From assembly GCF_006345805.1 (NCBI RefSeq), contig NC_043001.1, positions 88,598,001-88,662,000 of the forward strand: a stretch of DNA of 64,000 bases. Reading direction: 5' to 3'. The stretch comes from Octopus sinensis. Taxonomy: Eukaryota. A program made the translations under genes and the position numbers. The notes under the pieces were generated by a model that searched no databases, was not told the origin of the DNA, and was given only the letters and a program-made list of their open reading frames with translations. Below, one piece after another: positions 1 to 12,374 of this stretch (its first letter is position 1; every line of letters starts with the position of its first letter).

Positions 1-190
1 CTACATAGTCTCAGGTTCAGTCCCACTGTGGGGCACTTTTACTGTTATTTTAATGTCTTGGTTGACAGAAACTGAAAGAAGTTCATCAAGTGTGGGTGTG
101 CTTGCGTCTCTTTGTTTTGATATCTTGTGATATTTGTAAATGAGTAACCATACAAGTGATGTTTTTCATTCCTAATCCTCTTTGAAAACA
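1..190 (+). mobile_element. tRNA-derived SINE (cephalopod type), 5' part cut by the window edge
   Basis: ggttcagtcccactg...gacagaaactgaaagaag body, shared with copies at about 17985, 32866 (minus), 39160 and 60885. Confidence 0.65.
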
Positions 191-1991
191 TGTTTGGCCA
201 TGAGGAAATATTAAGAGACCTTACTTGGAAAATTATCTTACTTGTAGGTTGGTGACAAGCAATAAAAAAAATCTTCCTCATCAAATTCCTGCTTACCAAT
301 GCAACCATGCATACGTATACACACATGTTAATGTGTGTATATATATATATAATTTATGTAATATAATCATATTATCACCATCATTGTATTAACATCACAT
401 CACTTTTCTATGTTTTACATTGGTAAGCTGAAATTTGAAGCAGATTTTCTACTGCTGGATGCTCATCATGTTGCCAATCTGTTTTCCCAACAAGGTAATA
501 TTTTCACCACGCCCAGATATTTCCACTGTATGTGTTTGTAAATATATATAGGTATACAGAGACAAAACATAGTTTCTATAACCTTTGTGCATGTAATTTA
601 CATTATCTGTGCACAATAGTGATTTAGGTACAGAGAATGTTAAATAGATTTGTTGAAAATAAGTACATGATTCATAAACTCATATGATATATGTTTAAAT
701 TAATTTAATATTTTCAAGAATGTGGTATATATGTGTATATATTTAATGATTAAAAAATTTCCATTTCTATACACCTAGACCATTAAACATTGAGAAGAAA
801 TAGAGAAGATTATATAATAACTGGAACCAATTTAGGCATAAATCCAGCTATGAATAATACTTATATATTTCTTTCTTGGCTAAAGAATTAATCAAAAGAT
901 GATAACGATGATGTATGTGTGGTGGGTTATGATTATATATGTATATAACTATGAATGTGTGTATACTTATATATATGTTATGTACAAACACACAAAAACT
1001 ACAGTGACTTAATGGCTTCTCAGCAGCAACTCAAGTTTCATGTTTAGGCAAAATATCTTATTTTGTTTGAAATAAAGCTTAGTCATTTTATTCAACCATC
1101 AGGCATTTCCAGAGAATTTCAAACATGAGCGACAGTAATTTATAAGCAATTGTGAGTAAATGCACTTGCTGTGAGAGTATGAAAATTTATGTAAAGGTTG
1201 AATTTGGGTAAGTCGGTGAAATCCCTTGGACTGTTAAGGATTATGGCTATATATTTTCTTTGTATTGGTTACTAGCATCTGTCTCTTTGATATCTAAAAG
1301 ATTTTGGTAGACTATTAGGCATAGTTCCTGGGATTGTTCTTAGTAGTAGTGTATGTATTCTTGGGTGTTGATGTGAGGTCAAGAGTAGAATTTTAGGGAT
1401 GGCCTTCCCCCTATAGCTATCCAAAAGTCAATAAGTGGCCAAAACATACACCACTGACATAATTTATCCCTAAAATTATACCACCACACCATTTATATAC
1501 AGATGTATTGTACTGACAAACCTTTACTAGATGATGATAATAATTAGCTTTAGTGCTGTAAGTTATTAACTCCTATATCTACTTATATTTAACTCATGAG
1601 TGCATTTTTTTTTATCTACATCTCTAACCTTTCTATTCTCTATAAGCACTATCATTATCTTCTGACATAAAAAATGTATCCCAATACTCTGTACCTATTG
1701 ATGCGTTCACTAATTTTCTCCATCCCTCTCTCTTTCTCTCTCTCTCTCAGTATAGATGTCTCTAGACTTCACCACTGTCTTCACTTCCGTAATAATGTAC
1801 ACCTAAGACCCTACAATCAACTGACTTACAGATCATTCCCACCATACCTGTCCAAACCCTACATTTCCACAAACACATGACTAAGAACCGTTTCTTATCA
1901 TATCACCTGGCATAAAGCCACCTCCCTCAATACTTAATACCCTTCTCATTTGAGGCACTTTATTTTGTGATTTATGTCGTAACTTCACTTG

Positions 1992-2176
1992 TACTGGTGT
2001 CATGTGAAAAGCAAGCATTCAGTACACTCTGTAAAGTGGTTGGCATTAGAAAGAGCATCCAGCCATAGAATCCATGCTTCAATAGACATCTGAGCTTGTC
2101 AAGTCCTCTATCTCACTGGTTCCTGTTGAACTTTCCAACCCATGCCAACATGGAAAATTAATGTTAAATGATGATT
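1992..2176 (+). mobile_element. RTE-type LINE 3' tail (5'-truncated copy)
   Basis: gtggttggcattagaaagagcatccagcc...ccaacccatgccaacatggaa...gttaaatgatgat. The same tail follows RT-coding sequence at 14665-15190. Confidence 0.7.
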
Positions 2177-2221
2177 ATCCAAATTCTCTCAGAATCCTCT
2201 CGAATTCTCTCAGAACTCTCT

Positions 2222-2449
2222 TTGGCAATATACCGTACTTATGTAGACCTATCAAGCCAAGTCAGTGGCACGTAAAAACACCCACTACACTCTCGGAGTA
2301 GTTAGTGTTAGGAAGGGTATCCAGCTGTAGAAACCATGCAAAATCAGACTGGAACCTGATTCAGCTCTCTGGCTTACCAGTTTTCAGTCAAACCATCCAA
2401 CCCATGCCAGCATGGAAAAACGAACATTAAATGATGATGATGATGATGA
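2222..2449 (+). mobile_element. RTE-type LINE 3' tail, second tandem copy
   Basis: ggaagggtatccagctgtagaaacc...ccatccaacccatgccagcatggaa...ttaaatgatgatgatgatgat. Confidence 0.7.
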
Positions 2450-2525
2450 ATTCTTTTTCAGAAACAGGACTACTCCTGTAAGAGTCATTAATTTAATAAA
2501 TTAATGCACACACACATATATATAG

Positions 2526-2790
2526 TGAAGGTGCATAGCTTAGTGGTATCCAGTTCATGATCACAAGATAACACATTGTATCCTAAAGCAAGACACCTTA
2601 TTTCACTGGATGGCAAAAATGAGCTGTACTTGTATTTTAAAAGACCAGCCTTGTCACATTCTGTGTCACACTGGATCTCTCTGAGAATTACATGAAGGGT
2701 ATCCATATTTGTGGAGGGCTCAGCCACTTGCATGTTAATTTCTCAAGCAGACTGTTCCATTGATTGTCATTGTAAGTGATGAATCACAAG
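2526..2790 (+). mobile_element. tRNA-head SINE (second family)
   Basis: The head gaaggtgcatagcttagtgg resembles a tRNA A-box. The same head occurs reversed at 54105-54121. Confidence 0.5.
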
Positions 2791-3158
2791 CAAATGTAAT
2801 TAAAAGTTCCCATTGCAGCTAATTGGTTCTAGGTTCGATTGCATAACTTAAGTAAGTTCCTTTTAATATAGCCTTGTGGAACATGTGAGACTGAAACTAC
2901 AGAATTCCAGTGTATGTGTGTATGTTTATTATGTACAAAAATATGTATGTGTGCATAGATAGATAGATGGATGGACGGACAGACAGACACATTTTTATAT
3001 GCCCATGTTTATGTTTGCACTGCTCTAAAATTTTTCCATGTTTAGGTTCTATACCTTACTGTTTTTATTGCACTAAGTTATAGAGGCTAAGTCATTTGAT
3101 AAATAGATATCACTGGAGGAAATGCTAGGCTCAGTATAGTAACTAGAATTTTGAAAGA

Positions 3159-3269
3159 ATGTGTGTGTGCGTACATGCATGCATACGCATGTGTGTGCAT
3201 ACGCATGTGTGTGCATACGCATGTGTGTGCATACGCATGTGTGTGCATACGCATGTGTGTGTGTGTGCA
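3159..3269. repeat. 16-bp minisatellite (GCATACGCATGTGTGT)x5 within a 111-nt purine/pyrimidine-alternating tract
   Basis: Units start at 3181, 3197, 3213, 3229 and 3245. Confidence 0.9.
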
Positions 3270-3984
3270 GGTTTGGTGGCTTGCCCATTTAACTACTGGC
3301 ACAGGCACACATCTATACAATTAATTTAGTTGCTTGATGAGGAGGGTTATTTTGGACACTCTACTGGATGAAATACATGATCAGCAATTTAATTAAAGCC
3401 TCTATTTCTTATGAGTATATGGAAATATTTGCTTAAGATAAGCAAAGGGCATTCCAATTTCTTTGTCCTCTATAAGCACTCTGTGAGTTGGATTTGACGA
3501 AATGAAGAAGCAAACACATGTACACACATCTCTTCAGTCTCCATTTCAAACAGACACACATTGCATTCTTTTTCAGATTCTCTGTCACTTTCTCTTTCTT
3601 TCTTTCCTGCACACACACACACACACACACACTTCTTTCACATTTTCGCCTCTACACAAACATGCACACATAGACACATAATCACACACATTGAACAAAC
3701 AACTGACAGCCAATCTAATACTCTCCATATGTTTTCCCAGTATCCTTTAGAAAAGACTTTGCTACCATTATTTCTCCGTCACATCAAAAAAAGACATTCA
3801 TTGTTATTACTTGTGTTCTTCAACTGTTGTCATTTCAACTATAACAAACAAATATAACCCAACATGATGTGATAGCACTTTCAGTTATGTCAGTAGCCTT
3901 CCATCAAATCCAAATATGTGTTCACATTTACTTTTTGAAACTACAAATGAGGTATGTGGGTATATGTAAGTGTGTGTGTGTGTA

Positions 3985-4053
<69 letters not shown>

Positions 4054-4120
4054 CATGATAGATCGTTAGCCACTACACACATTTTTTTTTCTCCTTTTTT
4101 TCTCTCCTTGTTTTTTCTGT

Positions 4121-4162
4121 GTCCCTTTCTGTAGAAGAGCATAGGCTCGAAATGTAAAAGAC
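4121..4162 (+). ncRNA. Degenerate Penelope-type minimal hammerhead-ribozyme-like motif
   Basis: CTGTAGAA-GAGC(atag)GCTC-GAAATGTA with a ttt c/g aaa stem I. Two core positions deviate from CUGANGA/GAAAC. Confidence 0.4.
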
Positions 4163-4334
4163 TTTATCTATTCCTGAGTGTTATACTAATACATCTGATT
4201 GTTTTGTACACCACCTGTCTTCGTCTTTTGTTTTTTTCGTAAACTCTCCCTATATATATATTTAGAGAGAGAGAGACACATATACATACGTGCAAGCACA
4301 CAATGCCCATGTATATGTAATGTATATACATATA

Positions 4335-5199
4335 CAGGGTGCGGTGAATAAACTGTTGTCTAAACTACACAAAAATGAAAATAACGCATCTCATTTTAAC
4401 AGATATATTTGCCAAAATTACATAAAGATATCTTGAAATACTAAACAGTAAATTTATTCAATAAAATCACCATTGGCTTCAACCATGGCCTCCAAACGAC
4501 TTCAGAATCTCCTACAACTCTTCTGGGCAGTTTCCTTAAGTTGGTGAATGCTGTTGGTGAATCCTTTCCTTCAGTTCATCTTTGGTGTTACAAGGAGTTT
4601 TGTTGGTCTCTTGCGCATTTGCGCCCCACACATAATAATCAAGGGAGTTGGAGTCTGAGAGTTAAGTGGCCAGATGCTAGGGGTGATGTGGTCGTAGAAA
4701 TTGTCTGTCAGCTATGACTGGGTTTTCCTGCTTGTGTGACGTGGTGCAGAGTCCTGTTGCCAGACATAGTCTTCCAGCAGCCACCTTCTTCACCCAGGGC
4801 AGCATTATCTCTTTCAGGCACTTGATGTAGGCCTCCATGTTGAGTCTGAGGCTGTGCGGGAAGATGAATGGAGGCATAATGTCACCATCACTAGTGATTA
4901 CTCCAAAAACTATGATGTTCACTGGATGTTTGATTTTTGCCACTCTTGGTACATGTCCTCAGATTGACACCCAAATACTCTGAAATATTTGTATTGGAGC
5001 TTCTTGTGTGAATGACAAGCAGTACAACATATCATTTCCAAATTTCTGGCCGAGTGAATTGCACCATGATGCTGTTTTTCTCACAGACTGTGCCCAACTG
5101 ACCCTACTATAGTGTTTAGTCAACAAAATCAAAAACAAAAAACTGTGCTTGTGCGAAATTAAAAATATAAGGTGATGACAATTTACCCATTGCACCCTG
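4335..5199 (-). mobile_element. Internally deleted Tc1/mariner element, maT (DD37D) family
   Basis: CAGGGTGC... terminal inverted repeats (about 21/28 match) with TA on both sides. The minus-strand remnant reads KHPVNIIVFGVITSDGDIMPP, then frameshifted YVWQQDSAPRHTSRKTQ...WPLNS..LDYYVWG, with 37 residues between the last two Asp. Confidence 0.85.
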
Positions 5200-5215
5200 T
5201 ATATATAAAATAAAA

Positions 5216-5284
<69 letters not shown>

Positions 5285-5589
5285 TACATATATGTATATG
5301 TAGTATACATATATGTAATATACATACATAAACACATACACATGCCAATTTGGTGTGTGTGTGCATGCGTGCGAAAACATGTCACCAAGTGGTTAATTGG
5401 CTCATGATCATAAGGTCAACTGGAAGTAGTACCAGCCGAGGGCTGATACAGTATTCTCTTCCTTCTGTTGTCACATCCTGAATCTTCTACAGTATGTGGT
5501 GGGGCCGGGTGAGAGGACCAAGAGGGTATATGTTTCTGCTCATGATAACATAGGCACTCATTTGCAAATGATTCCTAAGATTTATATAT

Positions 5590-6110
5590 TATCATCATCA
5601 TTGAATATCTGCTTTCCATGTTGATATTTGTTGGATGGTTTGAGAGGAGCTGGCCAGCCAGGAAGCTGTCCAGACACCAATTTCTGTTGTAGCATGGTTT
5701 CTACGGCCAGATGCCCTTCCTAATACCAACCACTTTACAGAGTGTGCTGGGTGCTTTTTCCTTTCCACTGGCATGGGTACATTTATCCAAAGCACAAGTG
5801 CATTTTACATGGCACCAGCACCTGTAGAGGACATGTCTATATGTATGGATGATTGCAATTTTATTTAGCTTGATACATCTTCCCAAGTACAGCAAATCCC
5901 CACAACTTCTGGTCCCTTGTCATTTCCTCAGAGAGGCCCAGCATTTGAAGATCCTTTCTCACCATTTTGTCCCACATCTTCCTGGGTCTACCCCTTCTAC
6001 AGCTTCCCTCCACAAATAGAGATCAGCACTTTACACAGCTGTCCTTGTCCATATGCATTTCATAAGCAAACCAGCGCAATTTTCTCTCTTGCACACATTC
6101 CATGCCTTCA
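5590..6110 (-). mobile_element. RTE-type LINE 3' fragment
   Basis: Minus strand reads KLRWF...MDKDSCVK..VEGSCRRGRPRKMWDKMVRKDLQMLGLSEEMTRDQKLW, followed by the family 3' tail. Confidence 0.8.
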
Positions 6111-6473
6111 TCATCATTTTTCAGCCACTTTCCTTGTAGATAGAGATTGGACAAGTTGGAGTCAGCTCAATTTCAGTTGTATCATTAACCTAGATAGTTT
6201 GAAGGACCACATCTCATGAGTTTAATTTTTGGCATGGGTTTTGCAGCTGGATACCCCTACAAATGTCAACCAATTTACAGTGTGTACTGGATGCATATTT
6301 CCAAGGGTGCAGTGCTACAGAGGTAGCCAAGTCTGTAACATGACCAAAGAGACCTCTTGATCCTATATTATATGTTTGCATGCCAACCTCTCTACAAATT
6401 TAGACACATGAATAATAGTTGCAAGTCATGAGAAGAGTGTAAGGAGTATTCAGTGTTCTGTGACAAGTATGTA

Positions 6474-6527
<54 letters not shown>

Positions 6528-7026
6528 CATACACATACACCCACTCACTCACATACACACATTTTTGATGTATTTGATATATAACATTGTATTTTCATTT
6601 GTCATTTTGTGTCTGTCCATGTACATTACAGAAGCATTGTTTTACAACTAGATGCTTTTCATGTTGCTAGACATTAGTTGTTTCTCAAGTAAGTTATCTG
6701 TAATTCCACACATTTGCATAGATGCAGAACTAGAAGAAATGCCACTACTCATAACTCTACAACGTTTGGAGAAGTGCATATGAAAACAAACATGCAGATA
6801 CATATATTTGCATGCACATACATGCATACATATATATGTGTGTTTATGCATTCATTTATATATACATATATATATATATATTTATGTATATAATTTCAAA
6901 ATGAATAATAAAAGGGTAAAATTAATTAATTAATCAATCAATTAATTCATAAAGGAATTTTTAACTCCTATTTCAAAATTCGGTATGTGGTGAAGCAATT
7001 AGCTGACCCTAATTATAATATATATA

Positions 7027-7062
<36 letters not shown>

Positions 7063-7222
7063 TGATGATATAAGCATGTGTGTGTACATATACATATATA
7101 TGTATATATATGTAATAATAAATATTAGGGAATAAATCCAAATTTACAGGGATAAATCAGATTTAGGATTGAATCCAATTTTATAGTAAAATATAATATA
7201 ATATTAATTAGAGACAAAACCA

Positions 7223-10200
7223 CTCATGAGCTGTGGCCATGCTGGAGCACCGCCATTTGGTGTTGCTACATGGTTTTACTTCACGAAAGCTTTTTAGCAA
7301 CTGCCATTTGGTGCATGAGAGAGTTCGATGCAGCTGCCCTCATCTGCATCTCCTGCCGTGAAGTTGGTTCATCTGGGATACCTGACAGGAAGAGATCCAG
7401 TTTCATTTTAAAGACATCTGCATCCACCCCATGCAGGTCTCTTAGGTTCTTCGGGAGGATATTGAAGAGCATGGGCCTCGGAAGCCCAGGCTATCACAGT
7501 ATCTTGTCCTACATCTTGATGGCAAATTTGGAGTCCTAGGCACCACGCAGTGGCGCCCAGTTCTGGCATTTGTGTAACTCTCGATGCCAAAGTTTGGGAC
7601 AAGTCTCTCCAGGATCTTCCAGATGTATATTATGGCATATCTTTCTCGCCTACGCTCCAAGGAATATAGTTTTGATCTCTTGAGTCTTTCCCAGTAGCTT
7701 ATATTCTGCATAGAGGCTATCTTCTTCGTGTCGCTACGTTGGATCGCCTCAAGTTCTGTGATCAACTTGACACTGGATGGTGACCATAACTGAGAGCAAT
7801 AATCAAAGTGGCTTAGGACAAGTGTCCTCCAGAGGACCATCATGGTTTCTTGTTCTTTTGTTCTAAAGGTTCTGAGAATCCATCCGGCCAGTCGTCTACA
7901 TTTCATTGCCAATTTAGCAACATGTACACGAAAGGTTGCGTCATCACTCATGTCACGCACTGATTGTGCCTCTGGGATTGCAATTCCTCCGGGTCCAGTG
8001 TATTCATTGGATATTGCATTTAGTTTTGCATGCTGATAGTATAAAGCTTGAAACTTTTCAGCATTGAACTGCATGCTATTCTTTTCAGCCCACTTGTATA
8101 TTTTGTCCAGCTCACATTGCAGGCGTTTAGTGTCCTCAGGGTTCTGTATTGCCTGTGAAACTTTTGTATCATCTGCATAACTTGTGATCGTGGCTCTCTG
8201 CGTGGCTGAGGGCATGTTTGAGAGGGCCATTATGAACAGTAGTGGTCCCAAAACAGTGCCCTGCGGAACACCGCTCACTATTTGCGTGTTAATGGAAGTG
8301 GCCCCATTGGCTACTACCACCTGACTTCTATCTTTCAGAAAGTCATGAAGCCATTCTCCCAGTTTTCCAACTATGTTGAGATCACACAGTTTGTGACATA
8401 TCATTCCATGATCGACTTTATCAAAGGCCTTTGCAAAGTCGAGATATATGACTTCCACATTTGAGTGGTTGAGCAGTCGTTTCAGCACCCAGTCATAGTG
8501 TTGTAGGAGCTGAGTTAAGCAGCTTCTCCCTGGTCGGAAACCATGTTGGGTGTCAGGCAGCAAGTCATTTTCTTCAAGGAAGGTGATCAGTTTCCTTCTG
8601 ACTATTCGTTCCATGACCTTGCTGATGTGTGAGGTCAGAGAGATAGGTCTGTAGTTCTTGGCCTCCGCTCTGCTACCTCCTTTATGAATAGGGCATATTT
8701 TACCTTCCTTCAGTTTTCTTGGAAGTTTGCCAGCTGCAAGGAAGCTCTGAAAGAGGAACTGCAGTGGTCTTGCTAGGACTCTCTTACATACTTTTAGGAG
8801 GATTGCCGGGAATCCATCGGGGCCAGTAGCTGAGTCTGTTTTCATTTCATCTATAGCCTTTATTACATCGTCTTCCTTTATATCGATGTAATTTATCGTC
8901 GCCGCCTCTGATTTTATATCTGCAGTGGTAAAGAAGTCAGTTGGATTGGTGATTTGGAAATGCCCAAGGGGTGGAGTGAAAACACTCTTGAATTGCTCAT
9001 TCAGTATTTCACTTACCCTCATTTGTTTTCCTGTGAGTGTGCCATCCTTTTCAAGGGGTGGCCCTATCCTACAGTGCACCGTAGCTGTTTCTTTGGCATA
9101 CCTGTAGAAAGCTCTGGGGTTAGATTTTATGTTGTCTATAGCCCAGGCTTCTTTGTCTGCTCTTTCCTTTTCATGGGAGAGTTGCAGACATTTTTCAATT
9201 TCCAACAGTTTTATTTTCAGGCGGGACTTTTCACTTCTTTCAATTTGTTTGTTTAGGCAATTTGAAATTTTTGTACGTCGTCTCATTAAAATTTTCCTCT
9301 CTCTGGGGATTTTGTTCTTGTGTACAGTGGCCTTTCTCTCTGGGACACATTTGTAGCATATGGCTTGCATTACAGACATGAATTGTTGAAGTTTCACGTC
9401 GATGTCTGGCGAGGAGAGACATTCAGGCCAGTTTTGTTTTAGGATCTCTTTCTCAATTTGTTTCCAGTTTGCCTTATGGAAGTTCAAGCTGGAAAGATTC
9501 TGAGGGTTTCTTGTAGGCTGCATGTCCATGCTTTCCTTTGACCCGTACATGGTCAGCTCTACCATGTTGTGATCTGAGAGTAGTGTCGGTGTCACTTTCA
9601 TATTATGGATGTGATCCATATTATTTGTGAAGCAGAGATCCAGTGTGTTACCTGCCCTGGTTGGTTGGAGTATTACTTGCTCCATGTACAGGGTGTTGAT
9701 GAGGTTCAGGAGGGACCTCGCCTGTCCTCGTTCACATCTTGTCATTCCTGGGAGAGAAAGGCCCTCGGGCCATCTGACATTGGGTAGATTGAAGTCTCCC
9801 ATAAGAAGTACACTTATGTGTTGTTCTAATGTGATTAGAACTTCTATTTTTATAAGGCAGTCTTCAAACTTGCCTACATGGCTTGGGGCATCTGGAGGGC
9901 GATATGTAGCACACACAAATACATCAAGTTGCCTTATATGTACAATTAGTGTGTCACACACCGAGTTTGAGTATGACAAAAGGACCTGGGGTGTGAGGTC
10001 CTCACGGATGTACATAGCAACTCCTCCATGACTCCTTTCTTTTCTGTCGGTCCGTAGTACAACATACTGTGGTATGTGTAATTCCGCATCTGCTATGTCC
10101 GGTTTCAGGTGCGTTTCCGTAAGTGCTATGCATAAGGCTTGATTGCATGCAACAAAGTCTCTCAAGAACGGGATTTTTGTCCTGTTACTGAGTGTTTGCA

Positions 10201-10330
10201 GTCCTCTGATGTTCAGTAGGAGCATCGAGGTGAGGTGTATGTTGTTGCCGGCGGTATCCACCTTGGGTCTGTTTGCTGTGGTGGTCTTGTATATTGTGGG
10301 TAGTCCCATCTGCGAGCTTGGGTTTGAATA
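7223..10330 (-). mobile_element. CR1-clade LINE, ORF2 nearly complete, 5'-truncated (no ORF1), antisense in a CaMKII intron
   Basis: APE endonuclease motifs (NIRGL, LTETHL, GGVAMY, YRPP, GDFNLP, LDLCFTN, SDHN) and RT motifs (GPDG, NYRPISLTS, QHGFRPGRSC, LDFAKAFDKVDH, GVPQGTVLGPLLF, YADD). Confidence 0.95.
7281..10309 (-). pseudogene. CR1 ORF2 (APE endonuclease + reverse transcriptase) with a C-terminal frameshift
   Basis: Open for 955 codons from ATG 10309 to 7442. The true C-terminus (LFNILPKNLRDLHG...) continues in another frame to 7281 after an apparent 1-nt loss near 7471. VRDMSDD lacks the usual LGV-containing residues. Confidence 0.85.
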
Positions 10331-10332
10331 TA

Positions 10333-10374
<42 letters not shown>

Positions 10375-10385
10375 CACACACCCAC

Positions 10386-10665
10386 CTCCTCAACTTACGA
10401 CAATCTGCACTTACGACCACAAAAAATAAATAAATTTAAAAAATCAATTTTTGGACGTTGGGCAGCTGTGCATACAATAATTATCGCAGCATCTGGCAAC
10501 ATAGCTTCCCTCAGACCCAGACATTCTCTGCCTACCACTGTCTCTCAGTCACTTTCAAGTATGAATGAAAATAGTGTTGAATAATACAAATCGGACTTAT
10601 GATCAGATTGACTTACGACCTGTCAGTCGGAACAGAACTCAGTCATAAGTCAAGGAGAAACTGTA
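10386..10665. mobile_element. Tigger/pogo-like MITE
   Basis: Left ctcctcaacttacgac versus the reverse complement of right gtcataagtcaaggag (13/16). The right end is ...aaactgTA, and there are internal acttacga repeats. Confidence 0.65.
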
Positions 10666-10699
10666 TATACACACACACACACACACATATATATATACT

Positions 10700-10753
<54 letters not shown>

Positions 10754-10800
10754 AAAATGCACACATTTTATATATATATATACAAACATGTACACATGTT

Positions 10801-10845
<45 letters not shown>

Positions 10846-10879
10846 AATGACTAACAACAGATGGATAATATGTCAATCC

Positions 10880-10957
10880 ACTTCAGCTGTTTCCAGCGAA
10901 CTTTTAATTGATTAATGGAGACATTACATCATTAGAAAAACCATTTTCATCAGGCAA
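10880..10957 (-). ncRNA. Degenerate hammerhead-like motif (CCTGATGAAAATGGTTT...GAAACAGCTGA)
   Basis: Same family as 36845-36990. The cleavage triplet is mutated (GAA instead of GUH). Confidence 0.35.
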
Positions 10958-11288
10958 ATACATGAATCACAGCATTCAAAATCACTCAAATGCCAACAGC
11001 TTGTGTCACTTCATGTTTCTATGACCATTGTTGGTCATTGAATGAATTTATTAATTCAGTTTGGTAGTATTATAGGAGAAAATAACATGATGTCAGGTGG
11101 GGTAGTGGAGTAACAGAGATTTATAGCAGTGAAGGAGGTTAGAGAATGAGGTACGGGAGGAATCAGATAGCAAAGCATCTCATCACTACAACTAAGATAG
11201 AGTTAATTTCTTTTATCTTTTATTTCTATTCAACAATAGGTTTTGGTGCTAAGTACAAAGTAAGGTCACCCAGTTATTTATTTATATA

Positions 11289-11812
11289 CTGTAAATCTTC
11301 GAGTATAGTCCGCCCTTGAGTATAATATGCAGGGGATTTTTAGGGGGCTGTACCTCTGAAAAACCTAAACCTTGTGTATAATACACACCCCTTCTCTAAC
11401 TTGAGTTGTGTGTAATTAAGCCAGCAGCACCTAGTCGAACAAACACTTCCGCACATGCATAATACAATAATGGTGATGTTCTTAACTGTTATATGGGAAT
11501 GTAAATATGTTTGCAAATTGTCTTTGTTGCATGTTATTGTGTTCTGAATACTTTTATTTTAATAAATATTGCTTACTGCAAGTTATGGATGATTCTTTAA
11601 GACTTCATTGCTTTCAGGCTTAGTTTAAGGTATTTTCGCGCCCCCTACATCACAAAATATGTCTGAATAAACATTACCGGACAGCAAATAGAGACTCAGA
11701 CATTGCTTAGAAAATAATTTTCATTTTTAACCTGATATATAGTATGCACTAGGGATTTTGACCTTTATATTTTGGGGGGGGAAAAATGCGGATTATACTC
11801 GAGAATTTACAG
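11289..11812. mobile_element. pogo-family MITE (about 524 bp)
   Basis: Terminal inverted repeats ctgtaaatcttcgagtatagtccgc and gcggattatactcgagaatttacag (23/27 including flank). TA on the left side. Confidence 0.8.
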
Positions 11813-12374
11813 TTTTCTATATGCCCCATTAAAGCTGGAAAGGCTGCAGAAGAGAGGTAATAAGCCTAAGATGCACTGGTAGCAGGGAGGGTATCAAATA
11901 AGAAGAGTGGTCATCATATCAATAATTAAATAGATAAATGAGTATGCAATAAAAAAGTATATGAAAGCAAATGGATAATAATAAAAATGATATAATTTCT
12001 CTACTAATCAATTATAAATTCATTGGAAACAGCAGTAGTTGATTGACACATTATCCATCTGTTGTTATTTATTATTCACCTCACTCAGAATCTGCTCCTT
12101 GCATAGATCCAAAGTATATTATGGACTGTACACTTAGTGTAATGTGCATTCTCTGATTAGCCTCAGGGCTCATGATTAACTCAGTAAGGTACAATTAATC
12201 ATATACATAACCTGAATATCTTTCTGCCTATACTTTGGCACCTGTATATGTAGCTCTCTATTTTTTCTTTTGTCCTTTTTTTTGTTGCATACACATTTTA
12301 TTTTTCAACCCAACCCAGTGTCTTACCATTTAAGTGCCTGATTCACTCAAATCCTGATCTATTATGTATATATA

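Noticed and set aside
424-500. Splice-like signals (g|gtaagc, cag|att...aag|gtaata) suggesting a 51-nt exon
   Set aside because: No frame resembles the expected upstream CaMKII exon (GYPPFWDEDQH..AGAYD), and the acceptor tract is poor.
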